This document shows, piece by piece, positions 1 through 8,760 of a stretch of 64,000 nucleotides of DNA. Source of the stretch: an uncultured Acidimicrobiales bacterium (GTDB taxonomy: Bacteria > Actinomycetota > Acidimicrobiia > Acidimicrobiales > SZUA-35). The stretch covers positions 16,150 through 80,149 of the forward strand of contig CALJSB010000041.1 in the NCBI GenBank assembly GCA_937976305.1, read 5' to 3'. Within the stretch, counting starts at the first letter, position 1; each line of letters opens with the position of its first letter. The notes below the pieces were generated by a model that did not search any database, was not told the DNA's origin, and saw only the letters and a list, made by a program, of their open reading frames with translations. The translations under genes and the position numbers were made by a program.

Positions 1-1207
1 TCGTTGCACGCACCTGCTCAGAGCCGGGTGTGATCATCAGCTGGGTCTTCACGGTCAGACCCTTGGCCGCAGCCTCTCGCGCGATCGAGGCCGCTCGGGT
101 GATGTCTTCGTACGACGAGTTGGTGCAGCTGCCGATGAGGGCTGCTGAGATCTCCGAAGGCCAGCCCTTCTCGACCGCTTCCGCGCCGAGATCTTTGACC
201 TCGCGGGCGAGGTCTGGCGTGTGCGGGCCGTTGATGTGCGGGGTGAGAGTCGACAGGTCGATCTCGATGACCTGGTCGTAGAAGTCGGCCGGGTTGGCCA
301 GCACTTCGTCGTCGGGGCGCAAGTGATGGGCAACCGCATTGGCCGCGTCGGCTGTCGCTTCACGACCCGTGCTCTTGAGATAGCGAGCCATGGCATCGTC
401 ATAGGAGAACAGCGATGTGGTTGCGCCGATCTCGGCACCCATGTTGCAAATCGTTGCCTTGCCGGTGGCGCTGAGGCTGTTGGCGCCGTCGCCGATGTAT
501 TCGACGATCGCACCGGTGCCGCCCTTCACGGTGAGAATCTCGGCCACCTTCAAGATGACGTCCTTGGGGGCAGTCCATCCGCTGAGTTCACCCGTCAGCT
601 TCACCCCGATGAGCTTCGGCCAACGCACGTTCCACGGGAAGCCGGTCATCACATCGACTGCGTCAGCGCCGCCAACGCCAATGGCGATCATGCCGAGTCC
701 GCCGCCGTTGGGGGTGTGGCTGTCGGTGCCGATCATCATGCCGCCGGGGAAGGCGTAGTTCTCGAGCACGACCTGGTGGATGATGCCGCTGCCTGGCTTC
801 CAGAAACCGCCGCCGTACTTGGCGCTGATCGATTTGAGGAAGTCGTAGACCTCTTCGTTGCTGTCGATGGCGCGCAACAGATCTTGCTTGCCCTCGACCT
901 TGGCTTGAATCAGGTGATCGCAGTGGGTTGTGGTTGGGACCTGCACCTCGGTGAGGCCCGCGGTGTCGAACTGGAGCCAGGCCATCTGCGCCGTCGCGTC
1001 TTGCATGGCCACGCGATCGGGTCGGAAGTCGACGTAGCTGACGCCTCGCTCGAGCTCGGCGTCCATGTCGTCGAGATGGTTGGCGAGGATCTTCTCGGCC
1101 AAGGTCAGCGGCCGGCCAAAGCGCTCGCGGACGGCGCCAACGCGTTCATCAAGCGTCGCGTAGACGCCATTGATGAGTTCGATGGGGGTTTCGGGACCGA
1201 CGGCCAT
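1..1207 (-). CDS. acn: Aconitate hydratase, mitochondrial-type (3' end truncated by window edge)
   Basis: Translated by hand from ATG at 1207 (absent from the ORF track because no stop lies in the window): [14 protein letters not shown]...[17 protein letters not shown]...[13 protein letters not shown]...[36 protein letters not shown]...[13 protein letters not shown]. These are classic aconitase motifs. Confidence 0.95.
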   Translation of the reverse strand, partial: MAVGPETPIELINGVYATLDERVGAVRERFGRPLTLAEKILANHLDDMDAELERGVSYVDFRPDRVAMQDATAQMAWLQFDTAGLTEVQVPTTTHCDHLIQAKVEGKQDLLRAIDSNEEVYDFLKSISAKYGGGFWKPGSGIIHQVVLENYAFPGGMMIGTDSHTPNGGGLGMIAIGVGGADAVDVMTGFPWNVRWPKLIGVKLTGELSGWTAPKDVILKVAEILTVKGGTGAIVEYIGDGANSLSATGKATICNMGAEIGATTSLFSYDDAMARYLKSTGREATADAANAVAHHLRPDDEVLANPADFYDQVIEIDLSTLTPHINGPHTPDLAREVKDLGAEAVEKGWPSEISAALIGSCTNSSYEDITRAASIAREAAAKGLTVKTQLMITPGSEQVRAT

Positions 1208-1286
1208 GATGGCTCCTCTGCTCAGGCGGACGCTCGGATCTTGTCAGATCAGCGAGGTTGGTTCGTGTCAGATTGCAACGACATAG

Positions 1287-2054
1287 ATGACAATCGACAC
1301 GACTTCTGATACAACTTTAATACAAGTGAGAACCATCCGCTACCACCAAATCGCAGAAGATCTTCGGGAACGCTTGGTTGACGGTGAGTTCGCCGCCGGT
1401 GGCCTGTTGCCGAGCGAAGCCGCGCTCGGCAAAACCTACGGGGCGAGTCGGGTCACCATACGCAAGGCTCTCGAGCTCTTGCGCGACGACAACCTGGTCG
1501 ACTCACGTCAGGGTCTCGGTTGGTTTGCGGCGGCCGACCCGGTCGCGCAAGCCCTTACGGGTTTGTCGACCATCGAGCGTCAGCTGTCCGACTCGGGCCG
1601 GACTGCGGTCCGCAGGATCACCGATTTCGGCTTTGTCGAGGCCCCGCTGCATGTGGCACAGGTGCTCGGCGTGCGAGTGCTCGAGGTCCGTCGCATCAAC
1701 TTGGCCGATGGCCACCCATTCGCTCGAGTCACCGTTTGGTGTCGCGAAGACCTCGGTGCAGAACTGTCCAAAGCCGAACTCGAACGCTCAACGTTCATCG
1801 AGCTGCTACCGATCGAGCTCGCTGGAGCCTCCCAACGCATCGGCGCTGCGCTCGTCGATGAAGCCGATGCGGCCGACCTCGGCATCCCGGAGTCTTCAGC
1901 GGTTCTGTGTGTCAACCGCACGACCCATGCAGCAGACGGCACCGCGGTCTTGATGTCGGAACATGTGTTCCCCGGACATCTCACCGAATTCGTGGTCGAT
2001 CTTCCCCCTGAGACCGCCGACGACGCTCCGACTGGCCTTCGCCTCCTCGGGTAG
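1287..2054 (+). CDS. GntR-family (HutC/UTRA) transcriptional regulator
   Basis: N-terminal wHTH (YHQIAEDLR...LPSEAALGKTYGASRVTIRKAL) plus C-terminal UTRA-like domain. The real start may be GTG at 1326. Divergent from acn. Confidence 0.92.
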   Translation: MTIDTTSDTTLIQVRTIRYHQIAEDLRERLVDGEFAAGGLLPSEAALGKTYGASRVTIRKALELLRDDNLVDSRQGLGWFAAADPVAQALTGLSTIERQLSDSGRTAVRRITDFGFVEAPLHVAQVLGVRVLEVRRINLADGHPFARVTVWCREDLGAELSKAELERSTFIELLPIELAGASQRIGAALVDEADAADLGIPESSAVLCVNRTTHAADGTAVLMSEHVFPGHLTEFVVDLPPETADDAPTGLRLLG

Positions 2055-2087
2055 GGCGCCGTCTGGGGCAACGTGACCTCAAAACGA

Positions 2088-2139
2088 CCGAACTGGAGGC
2101 TCCTACCGACGTTTCTGACGGTGGGGGCCTCCAGTTCGG
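2088..2139. repeat. 52-bp palindromic REP-like element, copy 1
   Basis: CCGAACTGGAGGC-tcctaccg-N10-cggtgggg-GCCTCCAGTTCGG: perfect 13-bp outer stem between convergent genes. A near-identical copy lies at 31593-31644. Confidence 0.8.
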
Positions 2140-2224
2140 AGCTGTGTGATGGCTCAGAGCTTGGCGGGTGCCTCTGAGCTGGTTGGAGACTCAGCGCTAA
2201 GAGATCAGCGCGAGGCAAACAGCG

Positions 2225-2872
2225 CTACGGGAGGAGCACGCTGTCGATCACGTGAATGACGCCGTTGTCAGCGATGATGTCCGCTGTCACCACGTTGGCG
2301 TCGTTGATCTTCACGCCGTCGCTCAGGTCGACGGTGATGTCGGCTCCGTTGACGGTGGCTGCAGTCAGGCCATCGCTCAAGTCGGTGCTCAGAACCTCGC
2401 CGGCAATGACGTGGTAGGTGAGGATCGAGGTGAGCGTGTCGGTATCGGCCAGGAGCTCTTCGGCGGTCAGCCCGAGATCTTCGAGCGCAGTTGCGAAGGC
2501 GTCATCAGTCGGCGCGAACACAGTGAGTGGGCCTTCTCCGGAAAGCGTCTCGACGAGTCCTGCAGCCTCGGCGGCGGCAAGCAACGTGGTGAAGCTGCCG
2601 GCCTCTGCGGCGATGTCGACGATCGTGCCGCTGTGCGACTCGTCTTCCATCGCCTCGTCTTCCATGGCGTCGTCTTCCATGGCGTCGTCGTCGTCCTCCA
2701 TGGCGTCGTCGTCTTCCATGGCTTCATCTTCATCTTCCATGGCCTCGTCGGAGACTGCCTCGGTGGTTGCGACTGCGGCGTCCTCGCCCGAGTCGTCATC
2801 GCTGGCGCAAGCTGCCGCCGTGAGCGACAGTGCGAGCGCAAGCGTTCCGAACTTGGTGATCTTCTTCGACAT
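2225..2872 (-). CDS. Fasciclin (FAS1) domain lipoprotein, MPT83-like, with acidic Met-rich linker
   Basis: GGAGG RBS before ATG 2872. Signal peptide MSKKITKFGTLALALSLTAAA|C. FAS1 motifs TVFAPTDDAF, ILTYHV and NGVIHVIDSVLLP. Confidence 0.92.
   Translation of the reverse strand: MSKKITKFGTLALALSLTAAACASDDDSGEDAAVATTEAVSDEAMEDEDEAMEDDDAMEDDDDAMEDDAMEDEAMEDESHSGTIVDIAAEAGSFTTLLAAAEAAGLVETLSGEGPLTVFAPTDDAFATALEDLGLTAEELLADTDTLTSILTYHVIAGEVLSTDLSDGLTAATVNGADITVDLSDGVKINDANVVTADIIADNGVIHVIDSVLLP
2642..2743 (-). repeat. Six tandem AMED(D/E)n units in the lipoprotein linker
   Basis: EAMEDEDEAMEDDDAMEDDDDAMEDDAMEDEAMEDE. Recurring DNA core GCCATGGA(A/G)GA on the coding strand. Confidence 0.95.
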
Positions 2873-2934
2873 GTTCTTCCTCCGTGTGGCGGTACAGGCC
2901 AGGGGGTGAGGCCTGAATGGGGGTATGGGAGGTG

Positions 2935-2962
2935 ATTCGTCGACCCACACGAACTTGGATGC
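2935..2962 (-). promoter_or_regulatory. Putative SigK-like ECF sigma promoter
   Basis: Minus strand reads GCATCC-N17-CGAAT, about 60 nt upstream of the fasciclin ATG. It resembles the mycobacterial SigK consensus (CCATCC-N15-CCGAA) that drives mpt70/mpt83, with spacing about 1 nt longer. Confidence 0.45.
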
Positions 2963-3058
2963 AGATCCTCAACGATTTTGTTGAGGGGCCGACACGAGTA
3001 GGGCAAACGGCCCATGCGACGCGTGCGAGCCCCAACTCGTTCAGGCCGTGATTTCACG

Positions 3059-3664
3059 ATGTTCTCCCCACCGCTTTCCTTCTCCCCCCGTCGCCCACCG
3101 AGGATTCGAAGAACTCCGATGTTCTTCGCGGTGTTTGCAGTCGTCGTCGGAGCCTGCTCCCCTGTGCCGACCGCGGCGCCAGCGACGCCGGACGATGCGG
3201 TCGCCGCCTTCGCCGCCGATGGTCATTCCGAGGACGTTGCCGAGTGCATCGTGGGCCTCGTCTCAGGGCGCATTGACCCTGCTGCGCTCGTCGGCGACGT
3301 TCAGCTGACCGAGGCCGAAGAGTTGGCGCTCGACGAGGCAACCACGAACTGCGAGTTGGCCTCGGAGTTGCTCTCAAGCGATCCCGAGCCGCCGACCGAC
3401 CTGGCTTTTGACGCCGAGCCCCGTGACTACGGCGACGATGCGGCGCTCGACCGTCTGTGGGACGCTTGCGAAGGCGGACTCGGTGAGGCGTGTGACGAGC
3501 TGTGGGCCGAAGCTCCGGTTGGTAGCAACTACGAGCGTTTCGGCGTGACCTGCGGCGAGCGATTCGATGTTCTCAACTGCACTGCTGACATGGACGAGTC
3601 GGATGATGAGTCGAGTGATGCTGACGAGTCGGATGACGATGATGCAGAGGCGAGCGGTTCCTGA
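3059..3664 (+). CDS. Hypothetical lipoprotein with Cys-containing helical domain
   Basis: Arg-rich n-region, hydrophobic stretch and VVGA|C lipobox. Motif YGDDAALDRLWDACEGGLGEACDELWAEAPVGSNYERFGVTCG and an acidic tail. Alternative start at 3119. Confidence 0.7.
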   Translation: MFSPPLSFSPRRPPRIRRTPMFFAVFAVVVGACSPVPTAAPATPDDAVAAFAADGHSEDVAECIVGLVSGRIDPAALVGDVQLTEAEELALDEATTNCELASELLSSDPEPPTDLAFDAEPRDYGDDAALDRLWDACEGGLGEACDELWAEAPVGSNYERFGVTCGERFDVLNCTADMDESDDESSDADESDDDDAEASGS

Positions 3665-3676
3665 GCCCAGCAGGGG

Positions 3677-4570
3677 TTACAGGTTCGGCCAGCGTTTCGC
3701 CGACGGTGATTGACGCTTTTCACTCGGACTCGGGCCGAGCGCCCAACGGCGACGCCATGCGCCCCCGTCTGGCCCGTGCAGATCTGGTGTCGTGCCGGCG
3801 TGAGCCCGCTTTCTTGCCTCCCACCAGCCCGAGCCGAACTCGTCGGCCAACTCGTTGATCTTGGATTCGATGCGCTCGGCAAAGGTGCGGGCATCTTCAC
3901 CATCGGCTGGTTCGAGGGGCTGGCCGAACACCACCGCACAGCGAGCGCGCGTTGGCCAGTTCTTCCCCTTGGGCAGAATGCGACCGGTCCCATCGATGTA
4001 GGTCGGAATGACCGAGATGTTGGTTCGCTTGGCGACGAAGGCCGCTCCAGGGCGGTGCTTGCGAGTCCAACCATCGGGGCTGCGGCCACCCTCAGGGAAG
4101 ATCAGAAGGTTGTCGCCCCGCTTGATCGCCTTCTCGGCGTTGCGTATCGACAGCTTCGAGAGCTTGGTGCGCTCGATCGGAATTGCCCCGATGAAGAGCG
4201 CCGAGAGCGCGCCAGCCCAGCGGCTCTTGAAGAAGTAGTCGGCACCGCCCAGAGGCGCCAGGTCGCGCCGCAAGTGCGCCGGAATCGTGGCCAGCAACAG
4301 CGAGGTGTCGGCGTGGCTGTGGTGGTTGGCTGCAAAGATCACGGGGCCCTCGACGTTCTTCAGGCGGTCGGCGCCGACGACGCGCGGCGAGCCGTAGATC
4401 CGAATGGCCGGCTTCATGAAGCCCCACACCGTCATGCGGCGAATCAGCTTCGCAGCTGGGCCTCTCGACCACTCGACGTCGTAGTAGACGCCGGTCTTGG
4501 GTCGCGGGGTTCGCTTCTCGACACCCTTTGGCGTTGACGGGGGATCGGCGATGAACCTCAGCCAGCTCAC
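3677..4570 (-). CDS. Lysophospholipid/glycerolipid acyltransferase (PlsC-like)
   Basis: NHHSHAD (HxxxxD) motif, FPEGGRS motif, and GAAFVAKRTNISVIPTYI. Confidence 0.93.
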   Translation of the reverse strand: MSWLRFIADPPSTPKGVEKRTPRPKTGVYYDVEWSRGPAAKLIRRMTVWGFMKPAIRIYGSPRVVGADRLKNVEGPVIFAANHHSHADTSLLLATIPAHLRRDLAPLGGADYFFKSRWAGALSALFIGAIPIERTKLSKLSIRNAEKAIKRGDNLLIFPEGGRSPDGWTRKHRPGAAFVAKRTNISVIPTYIDGTGRILPKGKNWPTRARCAVVFGQPLEPADGEDARTFAERIESKINELADEFGSGWWEARKRAHAGTTPDLHGPDGGAWRRRWALGPSPSEKRQSPSAKRWPNL

Positions 4571-4685
4571 AGCTCACCCCTCTCTTCGTTCGGGGTGTTC
4601 TGTGAGCTGATGATTCCCTTTGGGGAGCGTTGCACGCAGCTCGTCACAGCTCACCCCTCTCTTCGTTCGGGGTGTTCTGTGAGCT
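4567..4685. repeat. Two identical 42-bp palindromic direct repeats with a 35-bp spacer
   Basis: TCACAGCTCACCCCTCTCTTCGTTCGGGGTGTTCTGTGAGCT at 4567-4608 and 4644-4685. Internal CACCCC/GGGGTG hairpin. Confidence 0.95.
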
Positions 4686-6316
4686 CACGTCACGTCCGCC
4701 ATGAGGATCGGTGGGTTGTGCAGGTGAGTGATCGTTGGCTGCGGGCCGACCACGTCCTCGGCCATCTCGAGCGCATCTGACAGGGTCGAGGCCGGCTTGA
4801 ATCCAAGCCGCCTGACTGCTTTGTTGTCGCCCCCAACCACGATGACACCTCCCAGATGCTGCAACGCGTGACTGCACCAATACCACATGTAGAACGGATG
4901 AACCCCGTGGTAGGCGTAACTCGTCCGGTAGAGGTGGCGGTACCACTCGTCTTCTGCGAACTGCTTTTCGTACTTGTGCTGCATCTCGACCGGGTCGGTG
5001 GTGTCGGCCAAGACTTGCTCGAAGAAGTCGATGTAGCTCGGGTGGTGGACGGGGTGGAACTCCCAGGGCGTCGGGTGGCTCATGATCAGCACACCACCTT
5101 CACGCACGACCGGCTTGCCCCGATACAGATTGAAGAAGTAGCCGAGCCCCTGCACGGCAACCAAGATCGGATTCATGATCGAGTTGACGTTGTAGGGGCT
5201 GAGATATGGCAGCCCCATCGTCACGACGTCGGTTTGGCCGGCGACCGGGACCATGTGCTGTTTGTAGACCATCTCGGTGGTCTTCTTGTGGACGGCTTCG
5301 ACCTCACCGGCTTGCACCGACGTGAGCTCATAGGGCGCCTTCCACGAATGGAACGCCTTGCGCTTTTGCGCCGAGGTCATGCGTTTGAGACCGAGTTGCA
5401 TGCCTGAGAAGGCGGCACGATCACGCATCGACCACTCCCATTCGCGCTTCTGCAGCATCGCAAGCGGACCGTCGTAGCCGAAGGTGTTGGTGTTGAGCGT
5501 GGTCTCGATCTGGAAGATGCGAGGGCCGTGCTTCTTGATGACCTCGCCCTGGCGCCAGTTCGACCGGTGAAGTTCGGAGGCGTCTTGGTCCATGAAGCTC
5601 TTGGAGCGGGTCATGGTTTCGGGGTTGTGGTGACTGCGGACGCCGGCATAACCCGACAGGCCCGTCGCCGTGCTTTTCCAGCCGCCGTCCATGCTCACAA
5701 GGTTGATGTTGACGTAGACGACCAGATCGCTCTCGGCTGCTCGGCGTTGCATCTGGACGGTCTCTTTGTGCGGACCGTGACCCTCGTGATCGGTCTCGCC
5801 GAGAATGACCATCTCGTCTGGGTCTTCGGCGTCGAGGTTGTAGAGGAGTCCGTGCGGAGCAAACGCTTCGTACACCCGATCGCCCACGGCTTGCCGAAGC
5901 TCGGGCTCGGTCATGCGGCGGTGGAGCGCAAGCGCAGCGACAATGTGTACGTCGTCGACTCCGGCTGCGGCCGCCATGTCGAGGACTGCTTCGATGATGC
6001 GCTGGCGCACATCGGGTCGCTGCATGGGGGGCAGCGGAAGCGACAGATCGTCGAAGGCAATCGTCAGCTTCATACCGGGCGTGAGCAGCGAGGGCAGCGG
6101 ATCGTCTTCGATCGGGTTGAGCAGCGCTTCGTTGATCTCGTGGTCGGGGTCCTTCAACCCGTTCAGTGGCTCGCTGGGGTAGATGACGCGGCTTCGTCCC
6201 ACGGGGAGCTTTTCCATGCGGAAGCCCTCCCCGTGGTGAAACAGAATGGGTGGTGTTTGCCGGTCGACGTCGAGGGTGAACCCGGGGCGCGGCGAGGGGC
6301 GGTTGGCGGGGGCCAT
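4685..6316 (-). CDS. Lactate-racemase (LarA)/DUF2088-like domain protein
   Basis: 543 aa. Contains LTIAFDDLSLPLP, VAALALHRRMT (the His of the LarA-type GxH motif) and YNLDAED. Its start directly abuts the upstream stop (TAA-ATG). Confidence 0.75.
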   Translation of the reverse strand: MAPANRPSPRPGFTLDVDRQTPPILFHHGEGFRMEKLPVGRSRVIYPSEPLNGLKDPDHEINEALLNPIEDDPLPSLLTPGMKLTIAFDDLSLPLPPMQRPDVRQRIIEAVLDMAAAAGVDDVHIVAALALHRRMTEPELRQAVGDRVYEAFAPHGLLYNLDAEDPDEMVILGETDHEGHGPHKETVQMQRRAAESDLVVYVNINLVSMDGGWKSTATGLSGYAGVRSHHNPETMTRSKSFMDQDASELHRSNWRQGEVIKKHGPRIFQIETTLNTNTFGYDGPLAMLQKREWEWSMRDRAAFSGMQLGLKRMTSAQKRKAFHSWKAPYELTSVQAGEVEAVHKKTTEMVYKQHMVPVAGQTDVVTMGLPYLSPYNVNSIMNPILVAVQGLGYFFNLYRGKPVVREGGVLIMSHPTPWEFHPVHHPSYIDFFEQVLADTTDPVEMQHKYEKQFAEDEWYRHLYRTSYAYHGVHPFYMWYWCSHALQHLGGVIVVGGDNKAVRRLGFKPASTLSDALEMAEDVVGPQPTITHLHNPPILMADVT

Positions 6317-8740
6317 TTACAAGCGACTCTTTCGGAGCGAGGGGAGAGGGCTCAGCGGCAGCACTTTGTCGGTGCCTCCCTGGGCCTTCGACCAGTATTC
6401 GATGAGCCAACCCCGCTTGATCGAAATCGAAGCGAGGCGGGTTTCGGGGTTGACCGCGACGGGGAACCCCACGGCATCGAGAAGCGGAAGATCGGACGAT
6501 GAATCGGCGTAGGCGACCGATTCGGCGAGGTCGAAACCGTGGGTGTCTGCGTAGTCGCGCAGTGCCTGGGCGCGGACTTCGCCAGTTGGCGGGACCGCGA
6601 GAAGTTCTCCGGTATAGCGGCCGCCGATTTCGGACATCTCGGCGCAGATCACATCGTCGAACAGCGGCTTCAGAGGATCGACGACGATATTGAGAGCTCC
6701 GGTGATCAACACCGTGCGATGGCCCAGCTCGCGATGCTTGCGCACTCGCCGTACCGCAGCGGGGAAGGCCTTGGTCAAGATGTGGTCGGCCAACAGCTCT
6801 TGGCCGAGGCGGTCCATCTCGGCCACCGATGCCCCGTCGTAGCGCCGGTAGAAGTGCCGGAGGAAATCCGTGCGGTCTCGACGATCGAGTGCGAGCAGCT
6901 CGGGGCCCTCTTGCAGGGTCTTGAGCGTGAACTTGACCCGATCAGACGGGCCCATGTTCTTGGTGGCGAGCCAGGCGTAGCTGAACACCACGTTGCTGGC
7001 GATGATCGTGTTCTCGAGATCGAAGGCGGCGAGATGGCGCTCTGGTGCGAGCACTCGCTTGCGCAGCCGCGTGGTGCGGGCATCTGGGTCGCTTCGTTCG
7101 GGCTTTGTCTTCACCCGAGCGTGATCGACCACTGATGGCAAATGGATTTCGGTGACGTAGTGATCCCAATCGACGATCGCTGGGTCACAGCCGAAGGTTT
7201 CCTGCGCTGAACTCGTGAGACTGCCGTGCAGGTCGAGCAGATTCTCGACGCCGTAGAGCGCCTCGCACTCGGCGTAGGCGCCGTAGATCTTGACGTAGTC
7301 GCGTGCTCGTTCGACTTGGTCCTTCTTCTCTTCGACGTCGGCGTTGATCATTGCCTGCTTGCCTCGGAGCGGCAGCAGCTTGAGGGTGCGATCGGCCCGG
7401 TCGAGGCTCTTGTGGGCTCGCTCGAGCTGACGTTCAACAGCGCCCCGCCCGGGGAAGGAAAACTGGGCAACGGCGATGGGCTGACCCTTGCGGTCATAGA
7501 GCGGTTTCTCAGTGAACCAGCCGCTCACGAGTTCGACGAGTTGGCGGTACCGCAATGGGTTGCGGGTGCCCGATGCGACCTGGGTAATGGCAACGTTGTC
7601 GGGGTCGGTGACTGGTCCGGCTGCGACATTGATGATGGCCGCAACGACGAGATCGACAGGGATGACGTCGACGACGCCCTCGGGGACACCGGGAAACTCC
7701 TTCAGTAGACCCTGGGCGTAGCTGATGAGGATCGGTTCGGCCATGCGGAAGCCCTTGATCCATCCCGGTCGGGGTTCCATCCACGCCGACTCGATGATCG
7801 AAGGACGCACGATCGACACCGGGACGTTGCCCTTCGACTCGACGAGCGCTCGTTCGCCGAGGGCTTTGGTGTAGGCGTAGGAATCGGGCCAGCCGAGCGA
7901 CGCCGCACGGGCCCGGCCCGCTTCAACGAGTTGCTCGCTGACCCAGCGGACGCGATATTGCTCGGTCTTCGCCGCGAGCAGAGGGGTGCCTGCGGCGCCG
8001 AGTTCGTGGCTCGCTCGCTTACGGAACTCATCGAGGCGGTCGACGGTTCGGCTTTCGGCATCGAAGTCGGCTCGGGTTCTGCGGGCGGCCTTCACCTCCT
8101 GCTTCCAATCGACATCGATGTGGAAGGGAGAGTCCATCAGGAGTTGCTCTGGCGCTGATCCACGACGATTGCCAGCGACGTAGCAGGTGCTGACAGCAAC
8201 GAAGTGAGGCGTGACGCCGAGATCTTGCAGGGTCTCGACGATGCGTGTCGGGCCGAGAAGGTTGACTTCGACAGCGCCATCGAGAGGTGCATCGAAGCTC
8301 ACCGTCGCTGCTGAGTGAATGACGACGTCGCAGCTTGCAAGAGTCGCTCGACCGGCATCGTCGAGGCCGAGGCCGTCGGTGGACACATCACCGGAGATCA
8401 CGGTGACGCGGCGCTCGATGTCTTCCCAGAACGTGTCGGCGCTGCGTGGCGTTTCGCCTCGCTCGGAGATGTTGCGGTGGAACGCATCGTTGCGGAAAAT
8501 CTCTCGCCTGGCTCGTTCGGCCGGGCTGGACTTCTTGCCGGGCCGGACCAGAAGGACGAGCTCGCAATCGGGCACGGATCGAATCAGTCGTTCGACCAGT
8601 GCGGTTCCGAGAAACCCGGTTGAGCCGGTGATGGCAATGCGCTTGCCAGCCAGTGATCCGCAGACGTCGAGCGACCCGCTGGCCGCTGTTGCAGGGGCTG
8701 GTTCATCCGCGCTTTTCGATTCGGCTGTTTCGTCGGCCAT
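6317..8740 (-). CDS. Fatty acyl-CoA reductase (male-sterility NAD_binding_4 + Sterile-like) fused to a HAD-IB phosphatase domain
   Basis: Start MADETAE at 8740 with AGAGGA RBS. ITGSTGFLG Rossmann motif, YAYTK catalytic YxxxK, VRPSIIES, DVIPVDLV. C-terminal HAD motifs AFDLENT, LITGA, and AYADSSSDLPLL..VGFPVAVNP. Confidence 0.9.
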   Translation of the reverse strand: MADETAESKSADEPAPATAASGSLDVCGSLAGKRIAITGSTGFLGTALVERLIRSVPDCELVLLVRPGKKSSPAERARREIFRNDAFHRNISERGETPRSADTFWEDIERRVTVISGDVSTDGLGLDDAGRATLASCDVVIHSAATVSFDAPLDGAVEVNLLGPTRIVETLQDLGVTPHFVAVSTCYVAGNRRGSAPEQLLMDSPFHIDVDWKQEVKAARRTRADFDAESRTVDRLDEFRKRASHELGAAGTPLLAAKTEQYRVRWVSEQLVEAGRARAASLGWPDSYAYTKALGERALVESKGNVPVSIVRPSIIESAWMEPRPGWIKGFRMAEPILISYAQGLLKEFPGVPEGVVDVIPVDLVVAAIINVAAGPVTDPDNVAITQVASGTRNPLRYRQLVELVSGWFTEKPLYDRKGQPIAVAQFSFPGRGAVERQLERAHKSLDRADRTLKLLPLRGKQAMINADVEEKKDQVERARDYVKIYGAYAECEALYGVENLLDLHGSLTSSAQETFGCDPAIVDWDHYVTEIHLPSVVDHARVKTKPERSDPDARTTRLRKRVLAPERHLAAFDLENTIIASNVVFSYAWLATKNMGPSDRVKFTLKTLQEGPELLALDRRDRTDFLRHFYRRYDGASVAEMDRLGQELLADHILTKAFPAAVRRVRKHRELGHRTVLITGALNIVVDPLKPLFDDVICAEMSEIGGRYTGELLAVPPTGEVRAQALRDYADTHGFDLAESVAYADSSSDLPLLDAVGFPVAVNPETRLASISIKRGWLIEYWSKAQGGTDKVLPLSPLPSLRKSRL

Positions 8741-8748
8741 GCGTCCTC

Positions 8749-8760
8749 TACCATTTGGTA
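8749..8760. promoter_or_regulatory. Putative TetR operator palindrome
   Basis: TACCA-TT-TGGTA fills most of the 21-bp gap between the divergent reductase and TetR start codons. Confidence 0.55.

Noticed and set aside
221-1309. Long antisense and alternate-frame ORFs throughout (for example 221-1309, 5421-6410, 12170-13324, 24083-25462, 46120-47343)
   Set aside because: They shadow well-supported genes on the other strand or frame, have no motifs, and are expected in high-GC DNA.
4567-4685. Bona fide CRISPR array
   Set aside because: Only two repeats, no cas genes or leader, and the repeats overlap the stop and start codons of operon genes. Kept only as a repeat finding.
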